Made by a program: the position numbers and the translations under genes. Of a stretch of DNA of 64,000 nucleotides, positions 10,611 through 19,159 are shown piece by piece. The stretch comes from Patescibacteria group bacterium (GTDB lineage: Bacteria > Patescibacteriota > Minisyncoccia > UBA6257 > JAAZHW01), in contig JAOAGL010000001.1 of the NCBI GenBank assembly GCA_026415775.1, positions 6,282-70,281 on the forward strand, given 5' to 3'. How positions within the stretch are numbered: the first letter of the stretch is position 1; each line of letters starts with the position of its first letter. The notes beneath the pieces are model-generated. The model ran no database searches and had not been told where the DNA came from. It was given only the letters and a program-made list of their open reading frames with translations.

Positions 10611-11219
10611 TTAAAATTTAGTTAATTCTGCTATAATACCCCTACAATATTCTTTTTTGATACATTCAAATAATCTTTGAATTTTATAAGCTAGCGATTG
10701 ATTATTATTTTCAAAATAAAAAAATAAATATCCTTCAACTTTATCTCCACAATAATTATTCAATAGATTTTGAAGTGTGACTATATCGAATAATAACACG
10801 TGATTTTTATCGTTTTTAACAAATTTACCAAAAATTGCATCTTTTAAAAAAATTGGGGCATAAGCATTAGGAGTGGTAATAATGATCTTTCCTCCGCTTT
10901 TTAAATGGATGAGGGTATTACAAATTAATTTACCAATATTCCAAACATGTTCAATAAGCTCCCCTATAATTATTATGTCAAAAAATTCAAAAAATTCATC
11001 TGTATAAAAATCTTCGGCGTTAGCTTTGATATAATTTAGTAAATTAGCATCAAAAATATCTAAACCATAGGTCACTTGGGCAACTTTTGATATTTTATTA
11101 TGAAAAGTTGCCTTTCTATCCGCTCCCAAGCAGCCTAAATGCAAAACTCTTTTATTTTTGCATAATTCAATTATATATTCTTCTCTTTCTACTTTTTTAT
11201 TTAGAAAATTGATTGCCAT
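10611..11219 (-). CDS. Class I SAM-dependent methyltransferase
   Basis: VLHLGC, GELIEH, ITTPNA motifs. Confidence 0.8.
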   Translation of the reverse strand: MAINFLNKKVEREEYIIELCKNKRVLHLGCLGADRKATFHNKISKVAQVTYGLDIFDANLLNYIKANAEDFYTDEFFEFFDIIIIGELIEHVWNIGKLICNTLIHLKSGGKIIITTPNAYAPIFLKDAIFGKFVKNDKNHVLLFDIVTLQNLLNNYCGDKVEGYLFFYFENNNQSLAYKIQRLFECIKKEYCRGIIAELTKF

Positions 11220-11220
11220 A

Positions 11221-12375
11221 TTATACCCCCATTATTTCTTTAAATCTTTGGTGCCATAAATTAGAAGAAAATTTTTTCTCAAATAATTCAATGCTATTTC
11301 TCTGCCATATTTTATATATACCCAAAGAATCATTTATAGCATTTTTAAGATCATTATATAAATTTTCATAAAATTCTTTATTGGCTAAATATCTTTCAAA
11401 AAAGTCCCTATTATTCATTTTTACACAATTAACTATCTGCTGATTGTTAATAATCTCGGGCGTCAAAATAGGATGTTTTAGTAATTTCCCATTATAATCA
11501 TTTATTACCATTTCGGGTACGGCATAATTATTTACTGCTATAATTCCCATCCCAAATGAAAGTGCTTCTAACAAAACAACACCAAACGATTCATAAAAAG
11601 AAGGGAGTATTAATATATCCATCTTAGGATAAATTTCACAAAATAATTTTTCGCGCGACTGAGTAGGTAAAAATATTATTCTTTTATCAAGCCTGTATTT
11701 ATTTTTAATTACTTCATCGATATCTGAAATTAAAGTCAATCTAATACTATCATTCTTAATATCATGAAAGGCTTCTAAGAGTTCTATTACTCCTTTAAGT
11801 CGATAATTTAAACCTACAAAAATAAAGTTTATAATGGAGTCATTTCTAGTATTTCGTTGGTAATTTGACTCCATATAAGGATATAAAATTGAGATTTTCC
11901 CTAATAAGTTATTGTCAAATTCTTCTAGTAGATGATTTTTGCATGCTTCTGATAAGCAAACTATTTTATAAGCTTTATCAATTAATTTTTTTAGCTTGTT
12001 TTTGTTTTTATAAAAATTCCAATAAGAATAATAGGTTAAAACGTAAGGATTATCTAATTCTATAATAAAATTTTTATTACTGCATCGAGGAAATGCGCCC
12101 CACATATAAACTAAATCGGCATTATACGAGGAACTCCTATCCACATTTTGTTTATGAATTAATATATTACTTAAGTAATATATTATCTGCGATTTTAAAT
12201 AAACAACTATCCGAGATAATTTGCTATTTTTTTTATTACTATTTTTACTATTTTTTGCACAAGGCAATAAATTGTTGACACGATTTAACACATTGCAATC
12301 TTGTTGTGCTGCTTTAATAGTATCTATCATTCTGGGCCGAGCATTATTTCTTAAGTTAAAATAGATTTTTTTCAT
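11221..12375 (-). CDS. Glycosyltransferase family 4
   Basis: FVG...KG, LPSFYESFGVVLLEALSFG motifs. Confidence 0.88.
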   Translation of the reverse strand: MKKIYFNLRNNARPRMIDTIKAAQQDCNVLNRVNNLLPCAKNSKNSNKKNSKLSRIVVYLKSQIIYYLSNILIHKQNVDRSSSYNADLVYMWGAFPRCSNKNFIIELDNPYVLTYYSYWNFYKNKNKLKKLIDKAYKIVCLSEACKNHLLEEFDNNLLGKISILYPYMESNYQRNTRNDSIINFIFVGLNYRLKGVIELLEAFHDIKNDSIRLTLISDIDEVIKNKYRLDKRIIFLPTQSREKLFCEIYPKMDILILPSFYESFGVVLLEALSFGMGIIAVNNYAVPEMVINDYNGKLLKHPILTPEIINNQQIVNCVKMNNRDFFERYLANKEFYENLYNDLKNAINDSLGIYKIWQRNSIELFEKKFSSNLWHQRFKEIMGV

Positions 12376-12449
12376 TATGATGTTTTTAAAAATAATTTTA
12401 ATAAGATTATATAATAAAGGAATTTTTACTATTTTATACTTTCATATAT

Positions 12450-13694
12450 CTATTGCTTCTTGCTCAATAATATAATTAACAACCCAGCATTAACTGCTTG
12501 TGCTATAATACTCGTCAATGCGGCGGCGAACATGCCGAAGCGAGGAATTAAAATGAGATTAAGAACTAAATTAAGTATAGCACAAAAAGCGGTTAAAGCA
12601 AAATTAAGCCATTGTTTATTGTAAGCAATATAAAGATAGCTTAAATAAACTGAAGGAAAAGTGAAAACTACTATCCACCCCAAAAATTGCGCTAAACCAA
12701 TTGAGGGCTGATATTGTTTTCCAACGAAAAATGGAAGAATTGGCGAAAAAATAAAAATTAGTAAAGCAATTAAAAATCCCAGACCAGTTAATCCAATTAA
12801 AGCCTTTTTTGTTATTTTTTTGATTTTTTCTTTGTCATTGATATTAGCAGCAAGATAAGGGAAAAGGGCGGTTATTATCAAAAATGGAAGAACATTAATC
12901 AAAAGAATACCCTTGGCAATCAAAGAATAATAACCAACTTCCTCTACTCCTCGCATCTTACCCAAAATAATTTGATCAGTGGAAAAGAAAATAAAATTAA
13001 GCAAGCCAAAAAGAGCAATTGGGAAACCATTAATTAATAATTTTTTTAATAATTCTTTATCAAATGTCGGTTTAAAATATGATTTGAAGTTTTTAATCAC
13101 CAATAAAGCGGTTGCAAAACTAAGCAAAACGCCAATTAAATAACCAATACTTAAAGAAATAACATTGCGATTAATTAAAATTAAAAAGATGCTAAAAGCC
13201 ATCACAAAAAATCCTTCAGCAAAAACAATTAAAAATTCTTTTTCCATCTTTTGAATGGCGCGCAAAAAAGCCACAAAAGTTTCTTTTATGTTAGAGACAA
13301 AAAGATAAAGCGAAAGCACTATAAAATTGAGACGAAAAGCGGGATTTTCGAATACAAAAAGACCAATTAAAGCCGCAATTAGACATATGCTTACGGTAAT
13401 AATCCGAAACATAAAAGCGGCTTTTGTATAGCATTCTTTTTCTTCTATCTGCTGATAATCGCGAATTAGTAAAGTATTAACACCCCAATCAGCAAAAAGA
13501 AAAAAGAGGGTGGCAATTGATAAAATATAATTAAAAGTGCCAAAACCATTTGGTCCCAAAACACGAGCAGAAACTAAAACCAGAATCAATTTAAAAAAAC
13601 GGCTCAGCGCTTGGCTCAATAAAAGCCAAAAACTATTTTTGAAAAAAGTTTGTTTGGGTGAAAGATTATTAAAAAGTAAGTTTTCTAAATCCAT
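12450..13694 (-). CDS. Wzx-type polysaccharide flippase
   Basis: About 12 TM segments, ARVLGPNGFG, DQIILGKM...VGYY, LNLILIPRFG. Confidence 0.88.
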   Translation of the reverse strand: MDLENLLFNNLSPKQTFFKNSFWLLLSQALSRFFKLILVLVSARVLGPNGFGTFNYILSIATLFFLFADWGVNTLLIRDYQQIEEKECYTKAAFMFRIITVSICLIAALIGLFVFENPAFRLNFIVLSLYLFVSNIKETFVAFLRAIQKMEKEFLIVFAEGFFVMAFSIFLILINRNVISLSIGYLIGVLLSFATALLVIKNFKSYFKPTFDKELLKKLLINGFPIALFGLLNFIFFSTDQIILGKMRGVEEVGYYSLIAKGILLINVLPFLIITALFPYLAANINDKEKIKKITKKALIGLTGLGFLIALLIFIFSPILPFFVGKQYQPSIGLAQFLGWIVVFTFPSVYLSYLYIAYNKQWLNFALTAFCAILNLVLNLILIPRFGMFAAALTSIIAQAVNAGLLIILLSKKQ

Positions 13695-13697
13695 AAA

Positions 13698-14276
13698 TTA
13701 AGAGTTTTTCGCTTTTTCTACCCTCTCCACATATTCGCCTGATTCTGTATTTACCCGAATAATATCGCCTTCATTAATAAATAATGGTGCGGCAATCTTG
13801 GCTCCTGTTTCAATGGTTACAATTTTAGTTCCCCCTTGAGCTGTATCACCTTTAATTCCTGGCGGTGCTTCCACAACCTTAAAATCCATTTTAATCGGCA
13901 ATTCAATATTTATAATTTTTCCATTAAACTTAAAAGCTTCTATTGGTACGCCAGCTTTCAAAAAATTTTTATTTTCTCCCAAAACCGCTTCATCTAATTG
14001 AAATCTTTTAGAGCGGTCGCCTGCTTCACAGAACCAATATTCACCTCGATGATGATATAAAAATTCTACAGTTAAACGCTCCAATTCTGCCTCTTCAAAT
14101 TCTTCTGAATGCTGAATGTTTCTATCAATTACTTTGCCGTTAATTAAATTTTTAAGCCGTGTTTGAAGCACGGGTTTTCTTTGTTGCATCTTCAAAAAAT
14201 TAGCGCTCAAAACCTCATACGGCTCATCATCAATGATAATAATTGTTTTTGGTTTTAAATCATTAATTCCTAACAT
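13698..14276 (-). CDS. efp: Elongation factor P
   Basis: PPGIKGDTAQGGTK, ETGAKI, PLFINEGD, GEYVER motifs. Confidence 0.95.
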   Translation of the reverse strand: MLGINDLKPKTIIIIDDEPYEVLSANFLKMQQRKPVLQTRLKNLINGKVIDRNIQHSEEFEEAELERLTVEFLYHHRGEYWFCEAGDRSKRFQLDEAVLGENKNFLKAGVPIEAFKFNGKIINIELPIKMDFKVVEAPPGIKGDTAQGGTKIVTIETGAKIAAPLFINEGDIIRVNTESGEYVERVEKAKNS

Positions 14277-14320
14277 AATGAATTATCTTAAAAAAATATT
14301 CAGTTGCTGTCAATAAAAAT

Positions 14321-14551
14321 TTAAATGTTTGTTATGTCGAAAATTTTTTGCTTGCTTTTTGCTCCTTTGATTAAATTAATACGGGAAGGTGCGATATTTA
14401 AAAATTCTGCTAATATTGTAATAACCGCCTCATTAGCTTTGTTTTCTTTAGCTGGCGCTGTAGTAAAAATTTCAAATTGATTATCAGCGATTTTTTTAAT
14501 TTTATTTATGGAAGCATTGGGTTTAACTTTAACGCTAATTTTCATAAACAA
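14321..14551 (-). CDS. DUF167 (YggU/UPF0235) family protein
   Basis: VKVKPNAS, APAKENKANEA, IKGAKSKQK motifs. Confidence 0.85.
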   Translation of the reverse strand: MFMKISVKVKPNASINKIKKIADNQFEIFTTAPAKENKANEAVITILAEFLNIAPSRINLIKGAKSKQKIFDITNI

Positions 14552-14552
14552 A

Positions 14553-16214
14553 CTATTTTTCGTCTTCTTTTCTTTCCTCTTTCTGACTCAATTTAGAAAG
14601 AGATTCACGTAAAGCTTTTTTCAATTCATCAACATTTACTTGTGCTTTTGGTTTTTCAGTTCCTTTTTTTTCTATTAATTTTTTGCCACTGCTTTCGAAA
14701 ATATTCTTAACGATTTTGGTTTCTAAACGAAGGGGTTTTGTTGGTGGGATAATTTCGCCTTTTTCTACACCCTCTAAACAAACTTTGCAGAAAACTGGTC
14801 TTTTGCCATCAGGTTGAAAAGGCACTTCTGTCTGCGCGCCACACACCCAACAAAAATCCATATAAGTTTTTTTCTTTTTTTCTTTTTTAACTTCTACAAC
14901 TTCCTGATTATTTTCCTCAGCGCCTTCCAACCATTCAGCGCTAATCTGCCTTTCAACTTCAATTCGTGGTTGACAATAAATCTTTCTTGTATTTTCAATA
15001 ATTTGTTGCTTAAAACTAATTTCGGGTTTTATTCGCGGCGGCAAAGTAACTGCCGAAAAAGCTTTTGATGTTATTCCATCAATCATCAATTTGAGATAAA
15101 TATTATATTTAGGCAAATTTACCAAGTCCGTTGCAGTGAATTCAGGCGCAAATTCTTTTTCTAACCATTCTGCATCTTCAGCGCCAACTCGAAAAACAAC
15201 AAAAGTACCCACATTACCAAAAATGGCTTCTTTAACGGATTCGGGCAATTGCCCAATATACTGATGAGAAATAATCAAAGATAAATGATACTTGCGAGCT
15301 TCAGATAAAATATTAGTGAAAGATTCTGTAGCAAAAGTCTGAAATTCATCAACATACAAAAAGAAATCTGGACGTTCTTCTGGTGGCACATCGGCACGAC
15401 TCATAGCCGCTTGTTGAATGCGCGTCACCATCATTGCGCCTAACAAAGCTGAATTGACTTCTCCAATGCGACCCTTGGATAAATTCACAATCAAAATTTT
15501 TCCCTCATCCATTATTTTCCTGATATTAAAAGATGATTTCGGCTGGCCAACGATATTTCTTACCAGGGGATTAGTAAGAAATTGGCCGACTTTATTTTGA
15601 ATAGGAGCAATTGCTTCTACTTGAAATTTTTCATGATAACGCGCGAATTCATTAACCCAGAAATTTTTCACCACTGGATCTTTCAAACCGGAAACAATAT
15701 AATCGCGATATTTTTTATCAGTTAATAAACGCATTATGCCCAAAAGCGTTGAATTGGGATATTCAAGAAGTGCCATCAAACAATTATTTAAGATATACTC
15801 CATTCTGGCGCTCCAAACATCTGGCCAGATTTTTTTAAAAATCTCCAAAATCCCGCTCGCTACCAAATGCCTCTGTTCCTCGCCTACTGATTCCAAAGGA
15901 TTAAAAGCAATGGGATAATCAGTATCGTGCGGGCAAAAATAAATAACATCTTCAAGGCGCTTCTCTGGTATATGCTCAAGTAATTCTTCGGCTGATTCGC
16001 CATGAGGATCAATAAAGGCCAAACCAAAGCCTGATTCAATATCGGAAATAGCCATATTAGTCAGCATAACCGTTTTACCCATACCTGTCTTACCAATCGC
16101 ATACATATGCTTTCGGCGGTCATCTAACTTAATACCAAATTTCACTTTTTGGTTTCGAAAATTCGTTTCAGCAAAAAAATTGATATTTTCCTCACTATAT
16201 TTTGCCTTTGCCAT
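14553..16214 (-). CDS. TraG/VirD4/VirB4-like P-loop ATPase with C-terminal CxxC-x17-CxxC domain
   Basis: Walker A GKTGMGKT, IDPHGE, Walker B YVDEFQ, EARKY; tail CWVC...PFQPDGKRPVFCKVC. Confidence 0.85.
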   Translation of the reverse strand: MAKAKYSEENINFFAETNFRNQKVKFGIKLDDRRKHMYAIGKTGMGKTVMLTNMAISDIESGFGLAFIDPHGESAEELLEHIPEKRLEDVIYFCPHDTDYPIAFNPLESVGEEQRHLVASGILEIFKKIWPDVWSARMEYILNNCLMALLEYPNSTLLGIMRLLTDKKYRDYIVSGLKDPVVKNFWVNEFARYHEKFQVEAIAPIQNKVGQFLTNPLVRNIVGQPKSSFNIRKIMDEGKILIVNLSKGRIGEVNSALLGAMMVTRIQQAAMSRADVPPEERPDFFLYVDEFQTFATESFTNILSEARKYHLSLIISHQYIGQLPESVKEAIFGNVGTFVVFRVGAEDAEWLEKEFAPEFTATDLVNLPKYNIYLKLMIDGITSKAFSAVTLPPRIKPEISFKQQIIENTRKIYCQPRIEVERQISAEWLEGAEENNQEVVEVKKEKKKKTYMDFCWVCGAQTEVPFQPDGKRPVFCKVCLEGVEKGEIIPPTKPLRLETKIVKNIFESSGKKLIEKKGTEKPKAQVNVDELKKALRESLSKLSQKEERKEDEK

Positions 16215-16280
16215 ATTTCTTTTTTATTGTACTTTAAAATAATGAAAAAGACAAATAGAATTTAAAATTATAAAAAAATG

Positions 16281-16302
16281 AAAAAGGGCCCAAAGGCCCC
16301 TT
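16281..16302 (-). terminator. Intrinsic terminator after the putative RiPP precursor
   Basis: Minus strand GGGGCC-TTTG-GGCCCT followed by TTTT. Confidence 0.7.
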
Positions 16303-16314
16303 ATTTTAAAATAA

Positions 16315-16491
16315 TTAATAACTATTTGGTGGGTATTCTCCGCAGCTATCGGTATCACCACAGCATCCATCTTGATTGTCAGGAATGTCTTCTTCGCAGG
16401 AACTACCTACTTCATAATTTGATTTTATAAAAACAATTTTATCAATTGCATAGGATTCTAATTCTTCAAGGGTAATTATGTTCTCAGGCAT
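16315..16491 (-). CDS. Putative RiPP (ranthipeptide-like) precursor peptide, 58 aa
   Basis: AAAGGAGGTGAGAAA directly before ATG 16491; MPENIITLEELESYAIDKIVFIKSNYEVGSSCEEDIPDNQDGCCGDTDSCGEYPPNSY with 4 Cys and many Asp/Glu in the C-terminal half; own terminator; two genes from a rSAM/SPASM enzyme. Confidence 0.7.
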   Translation of the reverse strand: MPENIITLEELESYAIDKIVFIKSNYEVGSSCEEDIPDNQDGCCGDTDSCGEYPPNSY

Positions 16492-16625
16492 TTTCTCACC
16501 TCCTTTCATTTAAATTAACATGCTACTATTATAGTAATTATTTAAAAAAATAAGTCAATAATCAATAAAAAAACATTTGCTCTTTGCATTTATCTTAAGG
16601 TAAAATAAAGATATATAAGAAATAT

Positions 16626-17747
16626 ATGAGAAAAAATAACAAAAAAGAGGGGTTTTATCTCAAATTTATCATTAATAAATGGGCTAATTTCTTCTTTTTT
16701 ATTGATAATTTAGCTTTCCCCATTGATACAATGCATAAAGAGTATAACTCGCAGTGGTTAAATGAGTATGAATTAACAACAAAAGAAAAGACTGCTTTAG
16801 AAAAATATCGTCAATTTAAATACTTACTCTTTCGACAAGGCGGACGAAAATTATTTGATGATATAACAGCCATTTTCTATCAAAACACCAACTCAATAAC
16901 AAAAAGAAAAAAAGAATTATCAAGTTTTTTAAATAAAAAACAAATCAATGATTTAGAAAAAATCTTTTTTGTTTTTAAAAAACGTTTTAATAAAATATGG
17001 AGAAAGAATTTGCCTATTTTAAGTAATAATTTACAAAACATCCAAATTCATTATCAAAAAAAAGAAAAAGATTTTTTATTGGCTTTTGAACTCATTAAAA
17101 ACTTTTACCAAAATTCATCAGATAAATATTCGACTGAAATTTTTCTAATAATACGTCCTTTTGAGGGTTTTGTAGGTGGACGTGTTATTAGCAAATCACC
17201 CCACTCAAAAATATTAATCGAAAGCGGCAAAATTGGTAAAAAAAACAAAAAAATAATATGGAATCATTTCTGGTTACTATTATTGCATGAATTATGCCAT
17301 CTTTTTTTCGAAACAGAAATTTTTCAACAAAAATTAAATGATTTTCTAAAAAACAAGGAGGAGTTGAAACAATTTTTAGTTACTTATCCATCAACAAAAA
17401 CCGCCTATTGGGCAACACGACGTGTAATGCGCGAAATGATTATTAATAGCGTAGTCTTAAGCAGCAAAATAAAAAGAATTTTTGATAAAAATTATAGATT
17501 TAATAAAAAATTGGTTCTTTTGCGTATAAAAAATTGGTTAGAAAAAACCTCTTCAAATCCTAATGATTGGGGGGATATAATTCTTAAAGAAGGTGGGGTT
17601 TTTAAAGATTATATAATTATCAAAATAGATAAATATATAAATAAATATCTAGGAATAAAAGAATTGGACAATAAATTGTTAAATAAATTATATGAGATTC
17701 TCTATTATTTTCCTAAAAACTTATTGGAAGAGCTTTCCAAAAAATAA
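16626..17747 (+). CDS. HExxH-motif protein (putative zinc metallopeptidase)
   Basis: LLLLHELCHLFF with a downstream Glu (REMIINS); no signal peptide evident. Confidence 0.55.
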   Translation: MRKNNKKEGFYLKFIINKWANFFFFIDNLAFPIDTMHKEYNSQWLNEYELTTKEKTALEKYRQFKYLLFRQGGRKLFDDITAIFYQNTNSITKRKKELSSFLNKKQINDLEKIFFVFKKRFNKIWRKNLPILSNNLQNIQIHYQKKEKDFLLAFELIKNFYQNSSDKYSTEIFLIIRPFEGFVGGRVISKSPHSKILIESGKIGKKNKKIIWNHFWLLLLHELCHLFFETEIFQQKLNDFLKNKEELKQFLVTYPSTKTAYWATRRVMREMIINSVVLSSKIKRIFDKNYRFNKKLVLLRIKNWLEKTSSNPNDWGDIILKEGGVFKDYIIIKIDKYINKYLGIKELDNKLLNKLYEILYYFPKNLLEELSKK

Positions 17748-17777
17748 AAAGAGGAGTTAAAAATACTCCTCTTTTTT
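17746..17777. terminator. Bidirectional terminator between HExxH and rSAM genes
   Basis: AAAAAGAGGAG-TTAAAAATA-CTCCTCTTTTTT. Confidence 0.7.
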
Positions 17778-19037
17778 ATTTAGCAAAAATTTTAGCATTT
17801 CTTTAGTGGCAATTTGAATATCCTCACATCTATAACTGGGTTTTCTCCAAAAATTATAGCCATATAACAATGCCTTATTAGCCGGGCAATCTCCTGCGCA
17901 ACTATATCGAGCAAAACAATTTTTACATTGAGGTATACTATCTATTGTCAATTTTTTCAAAAAATTATATTTTTTACTATCAAATATAAATGATTTCTTG
18001 TCGAAATTAAAATCACCAAAATGAAAAACATCGCCCATACTCCCATTTTCAATCATTCTATGACAAGCAAAAATTCGATTATCATAAGTAACCATAAAAT
18101 TTTTCCCTGCCACACCACAAAAAGAATATCTTCTGTCTTTGTCCAATTTTAAAACCGAAGTTCGTATTCTTGAATTAAATTTTCTACCAATTTCTACACT
18201 TTCCAAAAATTTTGTAAAAAAATCTCTTGGATTAGGTGAACTAGCAAAAAGACACTTTGAATCATTTACTGAAAAAACTGGCTCATACAATTGAAAACAT
18301 CCAGGAAAATTATTAGCTAAAAAAGAAACGATATCCGGCAAGTATCTTACACTAAAAGCTGAAATAGTAATACGAAAACTTAATTTTTTAAAATCTTCTT
18401 CATAAATTCTTTTAGCATTCTCAAAAATTATATTAAAAGTTTTACCTCTCTGTTTATTGTGTATCCAAGCCGGACCATCTAAAGAAATTAGGATTTTATC
18501 TATATTTTTACAAAGCCATTCTGCTTTCTTCTTATCAAAAAATCCATTCGTTGTCATATTTATAATACCTCGAGTATTATTCTTTAAAATTTGGTCTCTT
18601 GCGTAAGTGGTTATTCTAACTAGAGTTTCCCACGCCAATGTTGGTTCTCCACCGAATAAATCAATTCTGACTTTAGAATATTTTTTTGATTGGGCATTTC
18701 TCAAAATATAATTTATAGCAGCATAAGCAGTTTCCAACGGAATTACTGCAGAATTTTTTTTATCAAATCCACCGTAATTCCCAAAACAATAAGTACAATT
18801 TAAATTGCAAGCATTTGTTAAGAGTAAAACTGCATTTGTAAAACAATAATCTGAATTTTCAAAATCAAAATGATTCCTCGCCTTGTCTTCAATAGCAACA
18901 AAATCAGGTATTTCCCTTGCTGATTTCGAATTAGCTACATAAAAAATTTCTGACAATTCAGGGATATAAATAATTATTTTTTCTCCATCGGGAATTTTAA
19001 AAACCCTTACAATTTCTTTATTGTCTTTATTATTCAT
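17757..19037 (-). CDS. Radical SAM/SPASM domain protein (putative peptide maturase)
   Basis: CNLNCTYC, FGGEPTL, TTNG, ISLDG; SPASM cysteines CGVAG...ACHR...CKNCFARYSCAGDC...YRC; SD AAAGGAGGT. Confidence 0.92.
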   Translation of the reverse strand: MNNKDNKEIVRVFKIPDGEKIIIYIPELSEIFYVANSKSAREIPDFVAIEDKARNHFDFENSDYCFTNAVLLLTNACNLNCTYCFGNYGGFDKKNSAVIPLETAYAAINYILRNAQSKKYSKVRIDLFGGEPTLAWETLVRITTYARDQILKNNTRGIINMTTNGFFDKKKAEWLCKNIDKILISLDGPAWIHNKQRGKTFNIIFENAKRIYEEDFKKLSFRITISAFSVRYLPDIVSFLANNFPGCFQLYEPVFSVNDSKCLFASSPNPRDFFTKFLESVEIGRKFNSRIRTSVLKLDKDRRYSFCGVAGKNFMVTYDNRIFACHRMIENGSMGDVFHFGDFNFDKKSFIFDSKKYNFLKKLTIDSIPQCKNCFARYSCAGDCPANKALLYGYNFWRKPSYRCEDIQIATKEMLKFLLNKKEEYF

Positions 19038-19159
19038 AATTACCTCCTTTTTTTGATTTTTTAATTTTCTAAATATAGAATAGAATATATTTTTAATTTG
19101 TCAACTTATGAAATTATACCTTGTTTAATCTGATTTTTTATAGTAAAATCCATTATTGT

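Noticed and set aside
14553-16214. Coupling-protein-like ATPase as evidence of a conjugative element
   Set aside because: No relaxase, other T4SS genes or integrase; it lies in line with DUF167 and efp like a resident gene.
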